Part shown: positions 50,927 to 62,140 of the stretch, piece after piece
How the letters are laid out: every line of letters starts with the position of its first letter
How positions within the stretch are numbered: position 1 is the first letter of the stretch
Origin: an uncultured Acidobacteriota bacterium
GTDB taxonomy: Bacteria; Acidobacteriota; Thermoanaerobaculia; Multivoradales; UBA5704
Length of the DNA: 64,000 nucleotides
Direction of reading: 5' to 3'
Assembly: GCA_963732005.1 (NCBI GenBank)
Contig: CAVSXT010000005.1
Span: 2,638,631 to 2,702,630 of the forward strand
Notes under the pieces: model-generated
Seen by the model: only the letters and a program-made list of their open reading frames with translations
What the model was told of the DNA's origin: nothing
Databases searched by the model: none
Program-made: the position numbers and the translations under genes

Positions 50927-51121
50927 GGCAGCTCCTCTGGCCGTACCCGGCCATTCGCAGCAAGCCCGCCGGCGGGCCTGCTGCTGGAGGATGCGCAATG
51001 CCTCGTCGGCAGGGGACAGGCGGTCGGCGTGGTTCCCAGCCGGTGGCGCGGCCGGCCCGCGAGGCAGAGGCTGCCGGCTCACGAAAGCGCTCAGGCAGCG
51101 CTCAGGCAGCGCTCATGGTCG

Positions 51122-52489
51122 TCACCCCGGGCCGAGCGCACGGCTCGCTTGCCGGGCTGCGCGCAGACCGCTGGCCAGGGCGCCCTCCACCGTCCCGGTG
51201 TGGCCGCCGGTGTCGGTGGCCTCGCCGGCGAAGAACAGCGTGTCCTCGACCGGCCGCGACAGACTGCGCGCGGCCCCGGCGCCGCCGACGCGGGCGTAGC
51301 TGTAGGCGCCACGCGAGTAGGGATCGTGCTGCCAGTCGTGCATCCAGGTCTCCACCAGGAGCGAGGCGACCGTGCGCCGCGGCAGGCGCAAGGCCGCCGC
51401 CAGCTCGCCGACGGCCGTCGCCTCGACGGCGCGGTGGCCACCCTCGAGGATCGCCGCTGCCTTCGGGCCGCCGGACCAGGCCACGGCAAGCGGCCAGCGC
51501 AGCGGGTAGGCGGTCCACCAGACGCCGAAGGTCGGGCCGCCCAGGTGCCAGAAGCTGGCGTGCGCGGTCCGTTCGGGATGGTGCTCGCCCGGGGCGGCGC
51601 CGCATGGAAACTCGCGGAACCAGCAGGCCAGGCGCGCCACCGCTCCCATCGCCACCAGGCCGCAGGTGCGCCGGATGCGCGGCGGGTCCGGTCGCAGCAG
51701 GAGCGCGCCGGGCTGCCGCGGGCCGGCGGCGAGCACGCCGGCGGGGACGGTGACGATCGCCGCTCGCGCGGTGAAACGCTGCGCGGCGCCTGCGTCCCGC
51801 CGCTGGGCGCCTGCGTCCCGGCGCTCGGCGCCCGGGTCCCGCTGTACGGTGATCTGGACGTGCCCTCGCCGCCACTCGATGGCCGTCACCGGCGACCGCA
51901 GGCGCAGCTCGGCCGGCAGCTCGCCCGCCAGCCAGAGTGGCAATTGGTCATAGCCTCCGTGCACCCGCGCCATCCGCGTCGCCACGTTGCCGGACGGCTC
52001 TCCCGCCGCGGGCGCCAGCGAACGGACGCCGAGCTGGGCCGGATCGGCGGCGTGGTAGCCCTCCACGAAGGCGCGGGCGGCAAGCCGATCGCGCGCCGGG
52101 ACGCGGTTGCCGAGGCCGGCGAGGAAACCGTCGAAGGAACGATCGGAGGCGCGAGGGTCGATCCGTTCCAGGATGCGTTGGATGGGCATCCACGCCTCGG
52201 TCCGCGCGGCCTTCCCGCCGCGCGCGCGCCAGTGCTCGCCACCCAGGTCGCAGGTCGTGATCCCTGCCTCGGCGAGGATCCGATGGGTCACGGGCGCTGC
52301 GCCATGGACGAACTCGGCGCCCAGCTCCACCGGCAACGGCAGGCGCGGGTCGCGATGCGTGAGGATGCGGCCGCCGACGCGGTCGCGCGCCTCGAGCACG
52401 ACGACCGTCAGCCCCCGGCGGCGCAGCTCGCGGGCCGCCGCCAGGCCCGCGACGCCGGCGCCCACCACGGCCACATCCGCTCGCTCCAT
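51122..52489 (-). CDS. flavin-containing amine oxidase family oxidoreductase
   Basis: RBS AAGGAGGT. Dinucleotide-binding motif [19 protein letters not shown]...[12 protein letters not shown]-terminal [19 protein letters not shown]. Confidence 0.8.
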   Translation of the reverse strand: MERADVAVVGAGVAGLAAARELRRRGLTVVVLEARDRVGGRILTHRDPRLPLPVELGAEFVHGAAPVTHRILAEAGITTCDLGGEHWRARGGKAARTEAWMPIQRILERIDPRASDRSFDGFLAGLGNRVPARDRLAARAFVEGYHAADPAQLGVRSLAPAAGEPSGNVATRMARVHGGYDQLPLWLAGELPAELRLRSPVTAIEWRRGHVQITVQRDPGAERRDAGAQRRDAGAAQRFTARAAIVTVPAGVLAAGPRQPGALLLRPDPPRIRRTCGLVAMGAVARLACWFREFPCGAAPGEHHPERTAHASFWHLGGPTFGVWWTAYPLRWPLAVAWSGGPKAAAILEGGHRAVEATAVGELAAALRLPRRTVASLLVETWMHDWQHDPYSRGAYSYARVGGAGAARSLSRPVEDTLFFAGEATDTGGHTGTVEGALASGLRAARQASRALGPG

Positions 52490-52526
52490 CCGACCTCCTT
52501 GCCGCCCAAGCTCCGTTCCACCGGCG

Positions 52527-53099
52527 CTAGGTGGCGGGGGGCTCTGGCCGCTCTTCGTCGGGACGCTCATCTCCCAGGCGGTTGATCACCAGGTAAGTGA
52601 CGGTGTCCCATGCGTTGTGGATGCCGATGACCAGCAGCAGCAGGGTCGCCGCGGCGATCGTGAACAGCGCCCCTGCCGGCCGCCCCACCAGCGCCAGCCC
52701 GGCAACCAGCAGCAGTGCGTGCGCCGTCAGCGGCAGGGCGATGTGCCAGATCCAGTCCTCGGCCACCAGGCGATAATCGGCGAAGCGCCGCGCGCGCCGG
52801 CTCACCAGCCCGGTGTACCCCACTCCCCCCGCCCCGCAGACCGCGATCAGGGCCGCGGCTCCCGACAGCCCATCCCAGGGTGCGCAAAGGACGGCGGAGA
52901 GCAGCAACACGGTGCTGAAATAGACGACCGTCGGGCTGGAGAAAGCCTCGATCCCCCCATCCACCTTGGGCAGCCGCATCTGGGCGCTGAGAGCGATGAC
53001 GACGAACTGCAGCCCCGTCAAAGCCGCCGCGGCCGAACCGGCGACGACGTAGAAGTTGGCCCAGCGAGTCAGCTGGGTCGCCGCGTTGAAAGCGTGCAT
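52527..53099 (-). CDS. hypothetical integral membrane protein (190 aa)
   Basis: RBS GGAGGA then ATG 53097-53099. Four or five hydrophobic helices. Confidence 0.45.
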   Translation of the reverse strand: MHAFNAATQLTRWANFYVVAGSAAAALTGLQFVVIALSAQMRLPKVDGGIEAFSSPTVVYFSTVLLLSAVLCAPWDGLSGAAALIAVCGAGGVGYTGLVSRRARRFADYRLVAEDWIWHIALPLTAHALLLVAGLALVGRPAGALFTIAAATLLLLVIGIHNAWDTVTYLVINRLGDERPDEERPEPPAT

Positions 53100-53437
53100 G
53101 GCATCCTCCGATGGCTGGGGTCGCCGATGAGTCCGTGTTCGTCCGCCCTGGTCTCGGCCAGGATACGTCACAAGTGCGCCACCGGCTCGCGGACGGTGGC
53201 AGAGTTTCCGCGGAAACGTCCTCGCGGCTGGCCTGCGACTCGGCACTGGAGGCGAGGCGAGGCGCCGCGCCGCGGACGGGGGCGCATACCGGGCGCATAC
53301 CCCCCTGGACCATAGGCTCCTGGCTTCAGGGTCCTCGTCGCGCTCGGCGCCCGCCGGCACGTAGAATCAATGGCTGGCGTCGGCACCGTCGCCTGCCGGC
53401 GGCGCCGCGCGCCGCGCCGTCCTCGCGGTGCCCGTAG

Positions 53438-54560
53438 GTGGCACTGAGTACTATGCCGGCGATGGTGCCGGACCGCTCGGGAGGACTCGTCATCAGCTCG
53501 ACAACACCAGGGGCCCCGGGCTCGATCAAGGTGGTGGTTTGGGACCTCGACAACACGCTGTGGGAAGGGACTCTCCTCGAAGGCGACGCGGTGCGCCTGC
53601 GGCCGGCGGCCGCCGCGGCCCTGCGCACCCTGGACGCCCGCGGCATCCTGCTGTCGATCGCCAGCAAGAACGATCACGACCAGGCGATGGAGAAGCTGCG
53701 CGAGCTCGGCGTCGAGGACTACTTCATCTATCCCCAGATCGGCTGGAACGCCAAGTCCCTGGGGGTCGCGGCCATCGCCAAATCGATCAACGTCGGCCTC
53801 GACGCCATCGCCTTCATCGACGACGATCCTTTCGAGCGCGACGAGGTCGGTCATGCCCTGCCGCAGGTGAGGGTGCTGCCGGCGGCAGCGGTGGCCGAGC
53901 TGCTGGCGATGCCGGAGCTGATGCCGCGCTTCATCACCGACGAGTCGGCGCAGCGGCGGCGCATGTACCAGGCGGACATCGAGCGCAACCGTGCCGAGGA
54001 AGGTTTCCAGGGGCCGCAGGAGGACTTCCTGGCCGCGCTGGGCATGAGGTTCGCCATCCATCCGGCGCGCGAGTCGGACCTGCGGCGCGCCGAGGAGCTG
54101 ACGGTGCGGACCAACCAGCTGAACACCTCGGGCCAGACCTACTCCTACGAGGAGCTGGATGCCTTCCGCCGCTCCGCCGGCCACCTGCTGCTGATCGCCG
54201 GGCTGGAAGACCGCTATGGCGCCTATGGCAAGATCGGCCTGGTGTTGATCGCCAGGCAGGAGCGGCTGTGGACTCTGAAGCTGCTGCTGATGTCCTGCCG
54301 CGTGATCTCGCGGGGCGTCGGCTCGATCCTGATCCTCCACGTCCTGCGCCTGGCTCGAAGCCGCCGGCGTCCGGCTGCAGGCCGAGTTCAAGGCGACCGC
54401 GCGCAACCGCATGATGCTGGTCGCATATAAGTTCGCCGGTTTCCGCGAGGTCGCGCGGCATGGCGAGGTGCAGGTCTTCGAGCACCCGCTCGACCAGGTG
54501 CAGGGGTTCCCGCCCTATGTCCAGGTCGAGCTCGGCTGGGAGCCCCGGCCGGCGAGCTGA
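53438..54560 (+). CDS. FkbH-like glyceryl-ACP synthase (HAD phosphatase/acyltransferase) with an apparent frameshift near 54350
   Basis: HAD motif VVWDLDNTLWEG and IASKNDHD. After ~54350 the conserved C-terminus ...EAAGVRLQAEFKATARNRMMLVAYKFAGF... continues in the +1 frame to the stop at 54558-54560. Confidence 0.75.
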
Positions 54561-54580
54561 GAGCGCGGTATTGGAGGACG

Positions 54581-54620
54581 GGGGAGAACGGGGGAGAACG
54601 GGGGAGAACGGGGGAGGTAC
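54581..54620. repeat. 10-bp tandem repeat GGGGAGAACG x3 (plus degenerate flanks) overlapping the RBS of the next gene
   Basis: Seen directly in the FkbH-FkbK intergenic region. Confidence 0.6.
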
Positions 54621-54624
54621 GCGA

Positions 54625-55506
<882 letters not shown>

Positions 55507-55527
55507 GACCGCCGCCGCGAGCGCGCC

Positions 55528-55776
55528 ATGAACGACGTCCAGAGCCGGCTCAAGGCCTTCCTGTCACGTTTCTTCCGCCAGCACGACCTGCAGCCCGACG
55601 AGGACATCTTCGCGCTCGGGTTCGTCAACTCGCTGCTGGCCATGCAGCTGGTGAACTTCGTCGAAAAGGAGTTCGGCATCACCGTCGAGGACGAGGACCT
55701 CGACCTGGACAACTTCCGCACCCTGGCCGCCATCGACGCGCTGGTCGAGCGCAAGCGCGCCGCCGCCGGCGTCTGA
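55528..55776 (+). CDS. discrete acyl carrier protein (FkbJ-like)
   Basis: 82 aa. LGFVNSLLAMQLV carrier-Ser context. Positioned as in fkbHKJI/zmaNGDE cassettes. Confidence 0.8.
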   Translation: MNDVQSRLKAFLSRFFRQHDLQPDEDIFALGFVNSLLAMQLVNFVEKEFGITVEDEDLDLDNFRTLAAIDALVERKRAAAGV

Positions 55777-55781
55777 CCGCC

Positions 55782-56945
55782 ATGTCCGAGCCGGGCGAAG
55801 CCGGGTTGCGCCTCGAGCTGTCGCCGGCGCAGCGCGAAGCGCGGCGGCGCTGCCGCGCCTTCGTCGCCGAGCACGTGGCGCCGCACGCCGCGAGCTGGGA
55901 CCGCGCGGCGCAGCTGCCGGACGCGGCGATCGCCGAGCTGCGGCGGCACGGCTACCTCGGGGCCCATCTCGCCCGCGAGCTGGGCGGCGGCGGCGTGGAC
56001 CCGGTCACCTACGGCTTGCTCACCGAAGAGATCGGCCGCGGCTGCTCGTCGCTGCGTTCGCTGCTGACCGTGCACGACATGGTGAGCGAGGCCGTCCGGC
56101 GCTGGGGCGGCCCGCGCCTCAAGAGCGAGGTGCTGCCGCGCCTGGCGCGGGCCGAGCAGCTCGCGGCCCTGGCGCTTTCCGAGCCCAACGTCGGCAGCGA
56201 CGCCGCCGGCGTCGAGACCGAGGCGGAGCGCGACGGCGACGCCTGGGTGCTGAGCGGCAACAAGCGCTGGATCACCTTCGGCATGAGCGCCGATCTGTTC
56301 CTGGTCCTGGCCCGCCACGGCGGCCAGGCCGCTGCCTTCCTGGTGCCGGCGGCGGCGCCCGGCCTGACCCGGGAGCCGATCGGCGGGGTGGTCGGCACGC
56401 GCGCGGCGCGCCTTGCCGAGGTGACGCTCGACCGCTGCCGGGTGCCGGCGGATCACCTGCTCGGTCGGGTCGGCTTCGGCCTCTCGCACGTGGCCGCGAC
56501 CGCCCTCGACCTCGGCCGCTACAGCGTCGCCTGGGGAGCGGTGGGGATCGCCCAGGCATGCGTCGACGCCTGTCTCGACTACACCGCGTCGCGCCGCCAG
56601 TTCGGCAAGCCGCTGGCCGGCCACCAGCTGGTGCAGCGCAAGCTGACCGAGATGATCGTCAACACCCGCGCCGCCCGCCTGCTCTGCCTGCAGGCCGGCT
56701 ATCGGCGCACGATCGGCGCGCCCGACGCCGCCGGCGAGACCCTGATCGCCAAGTATTTCGCCTCGCGCGCCGCCACCCGGGCGGCCAACGACGCGGTGCA
56801 GCTGCACGGCGCCAACGGCCTGTCGCAGGACTATCCGGTCGAGCGTTACTGGCGCGACGCCAAGGTCACCGAGATCATCGAAGGCAGCACCCAGATCCAG
56901 CAGATCGCCATCGCCAGCTACCCGCCGGGCGAGATGCTCGGCTAG
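55782..56945 (+). CDS. acyl-CoA dehydrogenase family enzyme (FkbI-like)
   Basis: ACAD motifs: ...ALSEPNVGSDAAG..., ...GNKRWITFG..., ...YFASRAATRAANDAVQLHGANG... 387 aa. Confidence 0.85.
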   Translation: MSEPGEAGLRLELSPAQREARRRCRAFVAEHVAPHAASWDRAAQLPDAAIAELRRHGYLGAHLARELGGGGVDPVTYGLLTEEIGRGCSSLRSLLTVHDMVSEAVRRWGGPRLKSEVLPRLARAEQLAALALSEPNVGSDAAGVETEAERDGDAWVLSGNKRWITFGMSADLFLVLARHGGQAAAFLVPAAAPGLTREPIGGVVGTRAARLAEVTLDRCRVPADHLLGRVGFGLSHVAATALDLGRYSVAWGAVGIAQACVDACLDYTASRRQFGKPLAGHQLVQRKLTEMIVNTRAARLLCLQAGYRRTIGAPDAAGETLIAKYFASRAATRAANDAVQLHGANGLSQDYPVERYWRDAKVTEIIEGSTQIQQIAIASYPPGEMLG

Positions 56946-57002
56946 GGTCGCGTCTGGCCGCGCGGAGGGGCTCGTTCGGGCCGCTCGGCGGCCGCGGCGC
57001 GG

Positions 57003-58085
57003 CTACGGCCGGTCGGTCTCCGCCGCCGACTCGGTGCGTCGGGTCGTCGCGCCGAGGTAGGCGTCGATCACGCCGGTGAAGGTGTTGGGATTGGTTTCCG
57101 GCAGGCAGAACCTCGGGTGCGGTTGCCATGACTGGAAGAGGACGTAGTCGGGCCGGCCGCCGTGCGCTCCCTGGTAGAGGCGAAAGCGTGCCACCGTCTT
57201 GTCCGTCCACTCATGATCGGAGACATCCTGCTCGTCACCGATGTAGATGATGCCGAACTGCATGCCGCGTTGCCGCGTCTCGTTCTCCAACGCCTTCACG
57301 ATCACCGGCCACGCCGGGTTACTGAAATCGACGTCCGCGAAGAAGAACGGGAACGGCTCGCCGGTCACCGCCTGGTAGATCTCGTGCCACTGCGTCATCG
57401 CGGTCACCACGTCCTGCGGATAGGCGCCGGCGATGATCGGTTCGACGTCGCCCACCGCCGCTTCCGGATAGACGGTCCTGACCAGGCGTGCGTACTGCCC
57501 GACGGCCATGGCCACCTCCGGCACCGGGAAGTGACACGCGCGCGGGTCGCCCACCACGCTGCCGAAGAAGAACGGTTCGTCGACCTTGACGAAGGCCACC
57601 CGGGCGTCGAGCGCTTTCAACCGCTGCAAGTAGGCGAGCGTGAAGTCGTGGAGCGATTGCCCGAAGGGCACATAGCCTTCGACGCCAGAGCCGCAGTTGG
57701 GCGGGGCCTGCAACGCCGGCGCTTCGATCTCGATCCCCATGCCATGCGCGTTGAGAAAGGCGACCGTCTGGCGCAACTCCTGATCGCCGGCCGCGGTGAT
57801 CCAGCCGGCGTACATCCCCACCACGCCGACGTGCGCCGCCACTCGCGGCCACGCCGCATCGCTGCGGAACAGCGCCCGGAAATCCTGCGAGCCGCCCTGG
57901 GGGTCCCCGCCCGGCCACGCCGCGGCGGAGGGCAGCGGGTGGAACCAGATACCGGCCGGCGGGGTCTCGGGCCGGAGGGGGGCCTCGGCCCCGCGACTGG
58001 CGTTTCCAGCCGCGGCCGCCACCGCCATGCCCAGGACCGCGAGCAGCCGCGCCCAGGCGGCGACCGTCGTGCGGCGGCGGCTCAC
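57003..58085 (-). CDS. hypothetical secreted protein (GTG start; 360 aa)
   Basis: GTG 58083-58085 overlaps the upstream stop (GTGA). Signal-like N-terminus VSRRRTTVAAWARLLAVLGMAVAAAAG. Confidence 0.45.
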   Translation of the reverse strand: MSRRRTTVAAWARLLAVLGMAVAAAAGNASRGAEAPLRPETPPAGIWFHPLPSAAAWPGGDPQGGSQDFRALFRSDAAWPRVAAHVGVVGMYAGWITAAGDQELRQTVAFLNAHGMGIEIEAPALQAPPNCGSGVEGYVPFGQSLHDFTLAYLQRLKALDARVAFVKVDEPFFFGSVVGDPRACHFPVPEVAMAVGQYARLVRTVYPEAAVGDVEPIIAGAYPQDVVTAMTQWHEIYQAVTGEPFPFFFADVDFSNPAWPVIVKALENETRQRGMQFGIIYIGDEQDVSDHEWTDKTVARFRLYQGAHGGRPDYVLFQSWQPHPRFCLPETNPNTFTGVIDAYLGATTRRTESAAETDRP

Positions 58086-58522
58086 TTGCCACCCGCCTTC
58101 CTGCGGAGCTCCTGCAGGCGCGCCTGTTGCTCGGGCCGCAAACGGTCCTTGATGCGGATCAGCAGTGAGATCTGGGTGCGTTTGACCTCGCGCTCGGCGG
58201 CCAGGACCTTGTCGAGCTGCGCCAGGGCCTGCTGCTCGTCCACCTGCGGCGCCTTGACCAGCGCCACGAAGCGCTCCATCTCGTCGTCGAGCTTCCACTG
58301 TAGCTCGGTGAAGCGCTGCTGCGCCTGGCGGAGTTCGGCTTTCAAGGCGCTCCTCTGGTCGTCGCCCAGCCCGATGGCCTGCTGGTTCTGCATCACCAGC
58401 TCGGGCGGGAAGAAGTGATCGCGCAGCGGGTCGTCGGGCGCGCCCTGCGCCATGGCGGCCGCAGTGCTCAGCAGTATGAGAAGGAAAAGGAAAAGCTGGG
58501 AGCGTGGTCTCATTTTCTTCAT
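58082..58522 (-). CDS. periplasmic Spy/CpxP-like (LTXXQ-type) protein, tentative
   Basis: Signal peptide MKKMRPRSQLFLFLLILLSTAAAMA. Helical, Q/R/E-rich repeats. ATG overlaps the anti-sigma stop (ATGA). Confidence 0.5.
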   Translation of the reverse strand: MKKMRPRSQLFLFLLILLSTAAAMAQGAPDDPLRDHFFPPELVMQNQQAIGLGDDQRSALKAELRQAQQRFTELQWKLDDEMERFVALVKAPQVDEQQALAQLDKVLAAEREVKRTQISLLIRIKDRLRPEQQARLQELRRKAGGK

Positions 58523-58914
58523 GGCCTCCGAAGCAGTTTGCGGTTGTCGTTCTCGAGGTACTTGCCGCCGAATGGCGATGCGCCGAGCCGCGGTACGCCG
58601 CGCAGGAGTTGGCTTCCCGGCGTTTGCAGCAACCAGTCCGTCGGCGCCCGCCACTGCGAGAGGCGGGCGATCGCCGCCGCCGACGGCTCCGCGAGCCGCG
58701 GCCGCAGCCAGAGGAGCGCCCCCACGCCGGCTGCCACCGCCAGCCCGAGCGCCGCCGCCGCCAGCAGGTGGCGGAGCTGCCCGCGGTTCCGCGTCCGGGC
58801 TTGGGGCCGCGCTCCCTGCCGCAACGGCGAGAACGGCCGGGCAAGCCTCTCGTCCTGGCGCCTGAGACGCTGGTAGTGCTCGCGGAGCTCGCCGTCCTCG
58901 CGCTCGGCGCTCAT
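58519..58914 (-). CDS. membrane-anchored anti-sigma factor (putative)
   Basis: Single TM helix LLAAAALGLAVAAGVGALLWL. Start overlaps the ECF sigma stop. Position is typical of anti-sigma genes. Confidence 0.45.
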   Translation of the reverse strand: MSAEREDGELREHYQRLRRQDERLARPFSPLRQGARPQARTRNRGQLRHLLAAAALGLAVAAGVGALLWLRPRLAEPSAAAIARLSQWRAPTDWLLQTPGSQLLRGVPRLGASPFGGKYLENDNRKLLRRP

Positions 58915-59495
58915 CGCACACCCGCCTCGGCCATCGCCTGCCTCAGCCGGCGCTTGCCGCGCTGGTAGTGGGTGCGGGCCGAGCCCAGCGACACCGCCAT
59001 CACCGTCGCCGCCTCGGACAGCGAGAGGTCGTGGTAGAAGACCAGCTGCAGCACCTCCGACTGGCGCCGCGGCAGCCCGGCGACCAGCGAACGGAACGCC
59101 GTGCGGATCTCGCCAAGGTAGGCGGCCCTTTCCGGGCTTTGGGGCTGGGCCGGAGCCGGCGCCGTTTCCTGCTGCCGCGCCAGCGTCAGCCGCTGGAAGA
59201 AGCGCCGCCGCCGCCCCTCCGCCGCGGTGTTCCTGATGACCGCGAACAGCCAGGTCCTGAAGGTCGCGCGGTCGTCGAAGACCGCCTTGCCCTCGAAGAT
59301 CTTCAAGTAGACGGCTTGCAGCACGTTCTCGGCCTCCTCGGCATCCTGCCGGCAGCAGCTCCGCGCCCAGCCGAAGCTCTCCGGGTGCAGCGCTTCCACC
59401 TGCGCCCAGAGCGACTCGCCAGCCATCCCCGCGCCGCGTTGGCTGGCAGGCTGGTTCATGCGTATCGGCGCGCTCGCCGGTTGTACGGGTTGCAC
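58911..59495 (-). CDS. ECF-type RNA polymerase sigma factor (sigma-70 family); start may be the downstream ATG at ~59459 or ~59426
   Basis: Region 2: VLQAVYLKIF...FRTWLFAVIRNTA. Region 4: LPRRQSEVLQLVFYHDLSLSEAATVMAVSLGSARTHYQRGKRRL. Confidence 0.8.
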   Translation of the reverse strand: MQPVQPASAPIRMNQPASQRGAGMAGESLWAQVEALHPESFGWARSCCRQDAEEAENVLQAVYLKIFEGKAVFDDRATFRTWLFAVIRNTAAEGRRRRFFQRLTLARQQETAPAPAQPQSPERAAYLGEIRTAFRSLVAGLPRRQSEVLQLVFYHDLSLSEAATVMAVSLGSARTHYQRGKRRLRQAMAEAGVR

Positions 59496-59676
59496 ATCGA
59501 GAGGTTAGTCGTTCCCGGCCGCCGGGTTGTAGGACCGGGCAGCGGTCCGTGGGAAGGCCGGCTGAGCGGGTACGGTGCGACCGGCCGCCGCCGGCGCGAG
59601 GACGCGGCTTCGCGGCGGCCGGGGCGCGTCAGGGCCGCGGCGACGTCGGATCCACCGCCAGGCCCGCAGGCGCGCT

Positions 59677-60234
59677 TCAGGGCTTCGCGGGCGGTGCAGG
59701 TGGCGCAGGTGGCGCCTGAGGGGCGGGAATGTCGCCGATCTCCCGCCTCAGGGCGTACTCGTCGTAGATCTCCGAGAGCTCGACGATCTTGCCGTTGGCG
59801 ATCCGCACGAGCAGCATCTCGTCGACCTTGACGCTCTTGCCGGACGGTTGCATGCCCAGCAGCGGCTTGACGTGCTTGCCGGTGAAGGTGAGGTAGGCCA
59901 CCACCAGGTCACCGTCCGCCAGCAGGGAGCGGACGCTGAAGTGGAAGTCGGCGAGGCCGTCGCGCCATCTCGCGACGACCTGCTTGCAGTCGGCCGGCGT
60001 TCCCGGCAGGTCGTGCCCGCGGTAGTGAACGACGCTGTCTTTGACGAAAAGCTCGTCGCACACCTCAAGGCGGCCGCCGTTCCAGAGGTCGTCGACGAGG
60101 CGCGTCATGACCTGCCGGTTGGCCGCCAGCTCGCTGGCCGAGGCGATGCGAGGGCTCTCGGCCGCGCCGCGAGCCGAAAGGGCGAGAAGCGCCGCCGCGC
60201 CGGCGAGGCAGCGGGTCCGGGTCATGAGGTTCAT
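59677..60234 (-). CDS. SnoaL-like/ester-cyclase-family secreted protein
   Basis: RBS GGAGGA then ATG 60232-60234. Signal peptide MNLMTRTRCLAGAAALLALSA. Paralogous to 13277-13765. Confidence 0.55.
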   Translation of the reverse strand: MNLMTRTRCLAGAAALLALSARGAAESPRIASASELAANRQVMTRLVDDLWNGGRLEVCDELFVKDSVVHYRGHDLPGTPADCKQVVARWRDGLADFHFSVRSLLADGDLVVAYLTFTGKHVKPLLGMQPSGKSVKVDEMLLVRIANGKIVELSEIYDEYALRREIGDIPAPQAPPAPPAPPAKP

Positions 60235-60370
60235 GGCATCCTCCGCGGGTTCGGCGCTCATTCTAAGTGCTGCCGGTGCCGGCTGTCACCCGGGGGGCTG
60301 CTACACTAGCGGGAGCTCGCGACCCGTTCGGATTGATTCATTACTCGACGACCTTACCTGGAGGTGAGCG

Positions 60371-60682
60371 ATGGCGACGTCCGTGATCCGCCGGCTGGGC
60401 ATCCTGTCGGTGGCGAAGCTGCAGGGAGCGCTCTACGCGCTCATCGGTTTGATCGTCGGCGCGGTGTTCGCGCTCTTCTCGCTGTTCGGGGCGGCTCTCG
60501 GCGGCGCCTTCGGCTCGGGCAACCACGGAAGCGGCATCTTCGGCGCCGCCTTCGGGTTGGGCGCCATCATCCTGTTCCCCATCCTCTACGGCCTGCTCGG
60601 CTTCGTCGCCGGCTTGCTGGTCGCGGCGCTGTACAACCTCGTCGCCGGAATCGTCGGCGGGGTCGAGATCGAGCTGAGCTGA
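60371..60682 (+). CDS. small Gly-rich integral membrane protein (103 aa)
   Basis: RBS GGAGGTGA. Three hydrophobic helices. Confidence 0.5.
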   Translation: MATSVIRRLGILSVAKLQGALYALIGLIVGAVFALFSLFGAALGGAFGSGNHGSGIFGAAFGLGAIILFPILYGLLGFVAGLLVAALYNLVAGIVGGVEIELS

Positions 60683-61060
60683 GATGGCAGCGGTCGCTTG
60701 GCGCCGCTGGCGGGGCCGTAGAACCGGTGGGGCTTCCCTCGAACGCCTGACGCCGTTCCGCTTTGGCGTCGATTCGGGCTCGGAAACGGCAAAAACGAGC
60801 CCTGGGAAGCCCTGCACCCCTGCGCCGACTCAAGCAACTTAAGCAACAAGTGTGCCAGTCATGGCGCTGCCGGCGAGGAGCTGCCGCGAGGTGGCCGGCC
60901 AGAACGGACGGCCGTGTGCGGCGTCGGCGAGGGCGGCGACCGCGAGCCGGGAGAGGACGGCGGTGGTGGGGCGGGGAGAGGGTGATCGGGGAGCGGTGGT
61001 ATAATTTCACCCTCCCTCTCTTCCTGGCCACGTCCGTGGCCGCAGACTGGAACCCCGACC

Positions 61061-62101
61061 ATGCCCGATCCTGCCGCACCTCGTTTTCGTGTCCACTCGC
61101 CGCTGCTGCAGATGCTGAGCGGCCGGCTTCGCCGGGTGCTGCTGCGGCTCGCGATGGTGCTGCTGCCGCTGCTCTTCCTTCGCGCTTGCCTGGTCACCTA
61201 CGTGCCGCCCAACCGCATCGGCATGCGCCAGATCGACTTCGGTCCCGCCAAGGGGCTGCAGAAGGAGCTGGTGCGGCCCGGGTACCGGCGCGAGATCCGC
61301 GGCTATGAGCAGATCCGCACCTTCCCGCGCGACCTGCAGGTGGTCGAGTTCACCAACAACTCGCAGGAGACCAGCGGCGGCCACCTCAAGGGCGCCGCGA
61401 TCAAGGTGCCGACCGTCGACGGCTACCCGGTGGATCTCGACGTGACCGTGCTCTACCGCATCAAGGACCCCTTCCTGGTGGTCTCGAGGTTCGGCTTCGA
61501 GAACGCCTACGAGGAGGCGGTGGTGGTGCGCTTCACCGATCCCCTGGTCAAGCAGTTCCTGGGCGAGCTGCTGGCGGAGCAGTTCTACGGCATCGAGCGG
61601 TTGCAGCGCGTCGCCGCGCTCAAGGCGGAGCTGGCTCGGCGATTCGCCCAGAACGGCCTGGTGCTGGCGGACGTGCTGATCCTGCAGTACGACTATCCCG
61701 AGACCTTCCAGGCGCTCACCGAGCAGAAGAAGGTCCAGGACCAGTCGGTGCTCACCAATCGCGCCCTGGCTCGCCAGGCCGAGGTGCAGACGCGGCTCAA
61801 CCAGGTGGCCACCGAAGGACAGAACCTGATCCGCGTCAAGGGGGCCGAGTTCGCGGCGCAGATCACCGAGATCAACGCCAAGAAGGATCTCTACGCGCGC
61901 CAGAAGCGCGCCGAGGCCGACCTGCTGGTGCGCAGCGCCGAAGCCGAGGGCACCCAGGCGATCAACCGCGCCATGGAAGGCGCCGGCTCCGACAAGCTGC
62001 TGCGCCTGCGCCGCGGCCTGGCGCTGCTCAACAGCATCAAGGGTCCGATCTACATCTCGGAAGACCCGACCGATTTCTCCAAGATCGTCAACAGCCACTG
62101 A
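61061..62101 (+). CDS. SPFH/band-7 domain protein (HflK/stomatin/prohibitin-like)
   Basis: N-terminal TM helix. Band-7 core. C-terminal coiled coil. Confidence 0.8.
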   Translation: MPDPAAPRFRVHSPLLQMLSGRLRRVLLRLAMVLLPLLFLRACLVTYVPPNRIGMRQIDFGPAKGLQKELVRPGYRREIRGYEQIRTFPRDLQVVEFTNNSQETSGGHLKGAAIKVPTVDGYPVDLDVTVLYRIKDPFLVVSRFGFENAYEEAVVVRFTDPLVKQFLGELLAEQFYGIERLQRVAALKAELARRFAQNGLVLADVLILQYDYPETFQALTEQKKVQDQSVLTNRALARQAEVQTRLNQVATEGQNLIRVKGAEFAAQITEINAKKDLYARQKRAEADLLVRSAEAEGTQAINRAMEGAGSDKLLRLRRGLALLNSIKGPIYISEDPTDFSKIVNSH

Positions 62102-62140
62102 CCGCGAGCGACCCCAGCCAAGCTCGGAGACTCCACGCCC

